Below are positions 59,375 to 64,000 of a stretch of 64,000 nucleotides of DNA, in pieces. The DNA lies in NCBI RefSeq assembly GCF_006345805.1, contig NC_042997.1:154442001-154506000 (forward strand). Reading direction: 5' to 3'. Position 1 is the stretch's first letter. The number at the start of each line of letters is the position of its first letter. The translations under genes and the position numbers were made by a program. Source of the DNA: Octopus sinensis (taxonomy: Eukaryota). Under the pieces are notes generated by a model. The model saw only the letters and a program-made list of their open reading frames with translations, made no database searches and was not told where the DNA came from.

Positions 59375-59685
59375 TCGAACTAATGACGGGGTGTTACAAC
59401 AAATAGATGAAAGGCGACAATTGCTGAATATCGTGAATAACAAAAGCTCATCTATTATGGCTATGCTCAAAGAAGCAGAGTTTTGGAAAACATCATCGTG
59501 AAAGGAAGAGTAGAAGGCAGCAGAGGGCAGTAGATCAAAAGGCAGGCATAGAACGCAATGGATGGAGAACATCAAGATCTGGATGGACAATAATGGCAAG
59601 GCAACAGGAAAGATTGCGCTTAGCCGGGAAGACTTTCGTTGTTGAGCCATCAATACACCGCAGGAGTACGATACATGACGACAAC
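59375..59685 (+). mobile_element. RTE LINE 3' fragment
   Basis: Frameshifted remnant ending EGSRSKGRHRTQWMENIKIWM, a decayed form of the GxRxRGRPxxxWxDNI RTE C-terminal motif. Confidence 0.65.
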
Positions 59686-60558
59686 GACGGCGAAAGCATT
59701 CTTGAAAATTACTGCCTGTCTGTTACTCAAACTGAAATATACTCGTTCGTCGATGATGAAAATTCTATCCTTCCACAGATATTGAGACCCAAATCAGAAT
59801 AGATTTATGATTTTATACTTCCGGCATTATCAGTTTCTGCGCTTCAGTTATAAAATTACATAAATATTATAAGTTGCCTCATAATCCCCATGTGATTATA
59901 TATATACGGGAAATATATCTATACAAGGTCGTAAACATCTAGTTTGTATAAGTTCTACAAGAATGTTATTCAATCTATAGGTTCTAAATTGAAATTAATA
60001 TTACTCTCACTTAATCTTTTGAGATTATTAATGGCAAAGAATCATTATTAATCGTTAAAAGCTCATCAAGATGAGAAAAATTTGCCAGGCGAATTTATTT
60101 AGAGCCAATACAAAGCCCATGAAGTACAGGAAAAACATTAATGTTACTTTTCCCGAGAATCTCATTAAATTCACTCATATATATTAATAAGCATTAACTG
60201 AAATACAGAGGAGAACTGAAATCAAAGAATCTCATAGGATACTGGGGATTTCCCTACCTTTTGTTAATGTTTCGCTTGTCCCAAGTTAATTCTCATTTAA
60301 TAGATCTATGATCAAAGGCTATTTAACGATGACAATCTTGTCTTATTTCTTAATCATAAATAGTACATAAAGGACTGCGTTATGTAATGTGACTTTCCTT
60401 TTGAAAAGAGAATTGACTATGATTTAGGAAAAAAATTGTGACTGCTATGTGTAGCAGGTCGAACGACTACATAGAGGCCTTCTCATCAGAATGAAAATGA
60501 ATTGATAAAATATAATCGAAGCGGTAAACTATGAAACATTTATTGCAACACTTTATAC

Positions 60559-60689
60559 TCTTCTTCTTCTTCTTCTTCTTCTTCTTCTTCTTCTTCTTCT
60601 TCTTCTTCTTCTTCTTCTTCTTCTTCTTCTTCTTCTTCTTCTTCTTCTTCTTCTTCTTCTTCTTCTTCTTCTTCTTCTTCTTCTTCTTT

Positions 60690-60731
<42 letters not shown>
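60559..60731. repeat. Compound triplet microsatellite (CTT)n(ATC)n
   Basis: Directly visible; it generates the poly-K, poly-M and poly-F ORFs in the track. Confidence 0.97.
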
Positions 60732-60733
<2 letters not shown>

Positions 60734-60920
60734 GAGAAGCAGCAGTAGAGGCAGCTCCTGGCCGAACTGTTAGAGTATGGTATATAATACTCGGTGAGAT
60801 CTACTTTGTCCTTCATCCTTTTGGTGTCTTTATAACAAAGTACTAGTGAAGTACAGGATCTCTGTAATCAACTAAGACCTTTTCCTCAAAAATGCAGGCC
60901 TTGTGCTTAAATTAGAAACA

Positions 60921-60967
<47 letters not shown>

Positions 60968-62398
60968 CATTATTATTATCATTATTATTATCATTATTAT
61001 CATCATCGAAGCAACGTGCTGGCAGAATTGTGTCGGGCAAAATACTGGGAGAGTATTCGATCTCCTGGGGATCGCAAGGTTTTCATTTTTCTGACTATGC
61101 AACCGACAACAAGTACGAATCTTCTGGCTGGCACCTTTGCTAGAATATTCATTTCTAATTCTGTGTTGAGCGGAATTAAAGGTCTTAAATTTTCACTCCC
61201 ACCCTCTCTTGATTGGATCCTTCCTTAGCAGTGTCATCACTCCTCTCTTTACTAGACTAGGATTATTCACAGTATGCTGCCAGCTGCAGTGGACGGCTGC
61301 CAAGACAGAAGAGAACAAGTTTAGCATGTAGAAATATAGGTCTTAAGGTAGGCTATCCCATTCTGACGATTTGTGTACCACATAGCAACTCAGCACACAC
61401 GTGACTTCAACTGAACACTTCGCCCGGCGTGCTAACGTTTCTGCTAGCTCGCTGCCTTCAATATTTAAATAGCTGTCTATCTATATGTATATAGATAGAT
61501 AGACTGGTGTAAGATGTCTCTTCTTGGCTACCAACTAGTTTCTTTTCTACTCTATTGTTCTCTATAGCGGTCTGTATGCTAAAACTAACATAAGCTTCTA
61601 TAATTTCTCTTTTTAGAGAAACTCACCATCTGTTGTTGATGATAGCGGACATCAGTTTCCGCTTATCTAGTACACTAATCCGATCACCGAAAACTTTCCG
61701 CACCGGGACGGATGCCTTCAGTTTCCAATAACCAAATTAATACCTATCTATCTTTTCAAGTTAACTGTAGAGGTCAATAATAACAGAGATAGAAACGCAG
61801 GCATGGCCAAATGGCCATGCTGTTCACTTCACAATCAGCAGGTATCGGCTTCGAACTCTTTACTTGTAATCTATGGCAAGTGTCTTTTACTATAACCTCG
61901 GAATCGACCAATAAGTAGGTAGCTCAGGTGATCAAACAACTGAATTTTCATCGTCGAAACCGACAGAGGATCCAACGTTCATAAGTATTTGTCGTTCAGA
62001 TTTAAATAAAAAATCAAATTCATTCCATTACACTTCGAATGTAAATCGTGAAGTTTCTAATTAAGTGCTGCTGGCATCTCATTTCAATTCGATTACGTAC
62101 ACAGAGAAAAAATAGGCTTCTAACATTAACTAGATTTGGATTTAAGTAAACTGGCAGAAGGAAATGGGAAGTTGAGAAGTTCATTTTGTCTTCGAGAAAA
62201 AGAAAATTAGCTGTTTCTGTGCTGTTTAGCCACAGGTAAGCTTGATGGAGCAATCCTCTAATCAAAAGCAATCCGTTAACGACTTCATCTTTTTACAAAT
62301 GACTATATATAATGCTCTTAAAACGATATGATATAACTAGAGGGAGAATTTGGTTGAATCTCCTTCTAGTAGGGCGAGCGACTACGTACAGGCCCTCT

Positions 62399-62402
62399 TG
62401 TA

Positions 62403-62495
<93 letters not shown>

Positions 62496-62548
62496 GTCTG
62501 TCTGTCTGTCTACCTGTCTGTCTATCTGACTGACTGTCTGACTGTCTA
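62399..62548. repeat. (TATC)n(TGTC)n microsatellite
   Basis: Directly visible. Confidence 0.95.
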
Positions 62549-62555
62549 TACACAC

Positions 62556-62769
62556 ACGAGAAGGTGCTGAAGAGTCCCTGGTTTTGGGTAAAAAAATACA
62601 GGCGAATCGATTAATTATATTATTCAATATATTCCCCTTCCAGATCACACACTTATTGCAACCGTCCTTCAATTATTCTAAGCCCTGTAAAAGAACTCGG
62701 AAGGTTGGGGTCTCCAACTAGGCCTTTCGGGATACCCTTAGAGCCAGGAACTATTCAGCACTCCCTCGT
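62556..62769. mobile_element. Mariner-derived MITE
   Basis: Imperfect TIRs CGAGAAGGTGCTGAAGAGTCCCTGG / CCAGGAACTATTCAGCACTCCCTCG. Confidence 0.75.
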
Positions 62770-62877
62770 GTTAGAACACCTACATTGCTAGAAATAAAAG
62801 CTAACAAGCTCTAATGTTTTAACTACAGCATTAGAACTTTTTAGCTCTTATTTCGAGCAATGTAGGAGTTCTAACAC
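62768..62877. repeat. 110-bp imperfect palindrome
   Basis: 49-bp arms with 5 mismatches and a 12-nt loop (62817-62828). Confidence 0.88.
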
Positions 62878-62896
62878 CTAAGTCATATTTAGTGAG

Positions 62897-62972
<76 letters not shown>

Positions 62973-63199
62973 GTACACATGAATATGTATATGTATGTAT
63001 GTAAGTCTGTGTATTATATGTGTGTTTGTGTGTGTGTAAATATTAGCAGGTGTTGCAACAATTCCTTATCAAAAGTATTCCAGTCATGATCATCTTTTTA
63101 TTTTCTTCTTTCAGTTATTATGTATCTAAGACTACATTCATGTAGTGCCAATGGCATCCAAGCTGCTAATTTAGATGAGGAATTGCAGATAATCTGGCT

Positions 63200-63620
63200 T
63201 CCAAGCCAAAGTCTTCGCCGTTGAAGCGGGATTGAGTGTAGTTAGGGTAAATTTGCCTGCTATCTGAGAAAGAGAACCAGAGCTCTAAAGGTGATGGCAG
63301 AAGCAGCCAAAAAAGAGTTCCAACAATGGATCTGGTGAAGGAGGAATGAGAGTGAACTCCAGAAGGTATAATTGACCCCATATTCAACTGGCGTGTAGGC
63401 CTGCAGCGGTTACAACATCCACAGTATCTTGATCCTAGGGTACCTTGAATACCCAGAGAGATGCAGGGTGAAATGAGAACAGATGAACAGAGTGTAGCAG
63501 CGGAAGAGTATACAGGAGGGGTGATCTGGATGCGGTCCGACCACCTTAGAGTGTTAAGAGTTAAGGACCGCAGTACTTGCATGAAGGTTCTCCTTCGCTG
63601 AAGAGCTATTCAGCTCCGCC
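63200..63620 (+). mobile_element. Possible 3' remnant of a Hero/NeSL-type RLE retrotransposon
   Basis: Decayed FAVEAG...RALKVMAEAAKKEFQQWIW resembles the PVEVG...AAExxSxWIW C-terminus, followed by a GC-richer 3' UTR. Confidence 0.45.
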
Positions 63621-63837
63621 TAGACTTTCTTATCACCTTATAACGAAAGGAACACTATTTTGCATCTAACTATACGCCAACATGATGGTTGCTATTTTTA
63701 GCAGATCAGTTGACCACGCTCAAACACTTTTGGCTGTTTTATTTTTTCTCTCTCTCTGTAAACAAATTAAGAAAATGGGGTGACGATGCTGGTGATCGTG
63801 GTGTTGGTGTCGGTGGAGTCGTTGTTGTTGCTGTTTG

Positions 63838-63869
<32 letters not shown>

Positions 63870-64000
63870 GTGGTGGATGGTAGAATCAGTAGAACGCCGA
63901 ACAAAAACAAAAATAAATTAATTAAATCCCATCGCCCTCTGGTATTTGTTTACGTCTCTTTAATAACTCAGTTCGAATCCTCAGATCTACGCTAACTTCC

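Noticed and set aside
63540-63620. CTGAAGAG in the putative Hero 3' UTR as a hammerhead
   Set aside because: The GAAA half-core and supporting stems are missing.

Overview
Eukaryotic, AT-rich, microsatellite-saturated genomic DNA. The SINE, LINE and MITE content looks like an octopus (coleoid cephalopod) long-read assembly; the species is inferred, not proven. I can support one host gene: a minus-strand two-pore-domain K+ channel (K2P/KCNK; TWK/KCNK18-like) with three coding exons (43125-42806, 39927-39701, 23502-22823; 1227 nt, 408 aa, consistent intron phases, filters TIGYG and TIGFG). The rest is mobile DNA and simple repeats: a dead Penelope-like element whose 3' end carries a minimal hammerhead ribozyme fold, facing a second hammerhead-bearing repeat across a (TA)n tract; an R4/Dong-type RLE retrotransposon 3' part inserted in (TAA)n; a full-length decayed mariner; a Tc1-like transposase pseudogene; several MITEs (one carrying TTAGGG-like repeats with an 8-bp TSD); Helitron/Helentron-like elements; CR1, RTE and Hero LINE scraps; and three tRNA-derived SINE families, one forming 184-bp tandem arrays. 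The K2P introns contain a ~270-bp near-perfect foldback and inverted SINE pairs that could form dsRNA in the pre-mRNA. The ~1 kb duplication around the 100-N gap is probably an assembly artefact. Most ORFs in the supplied track are translated microsatellites. I see no clearly new biological system; the hammerheads and the intronic dsRNA structures are the best leads.
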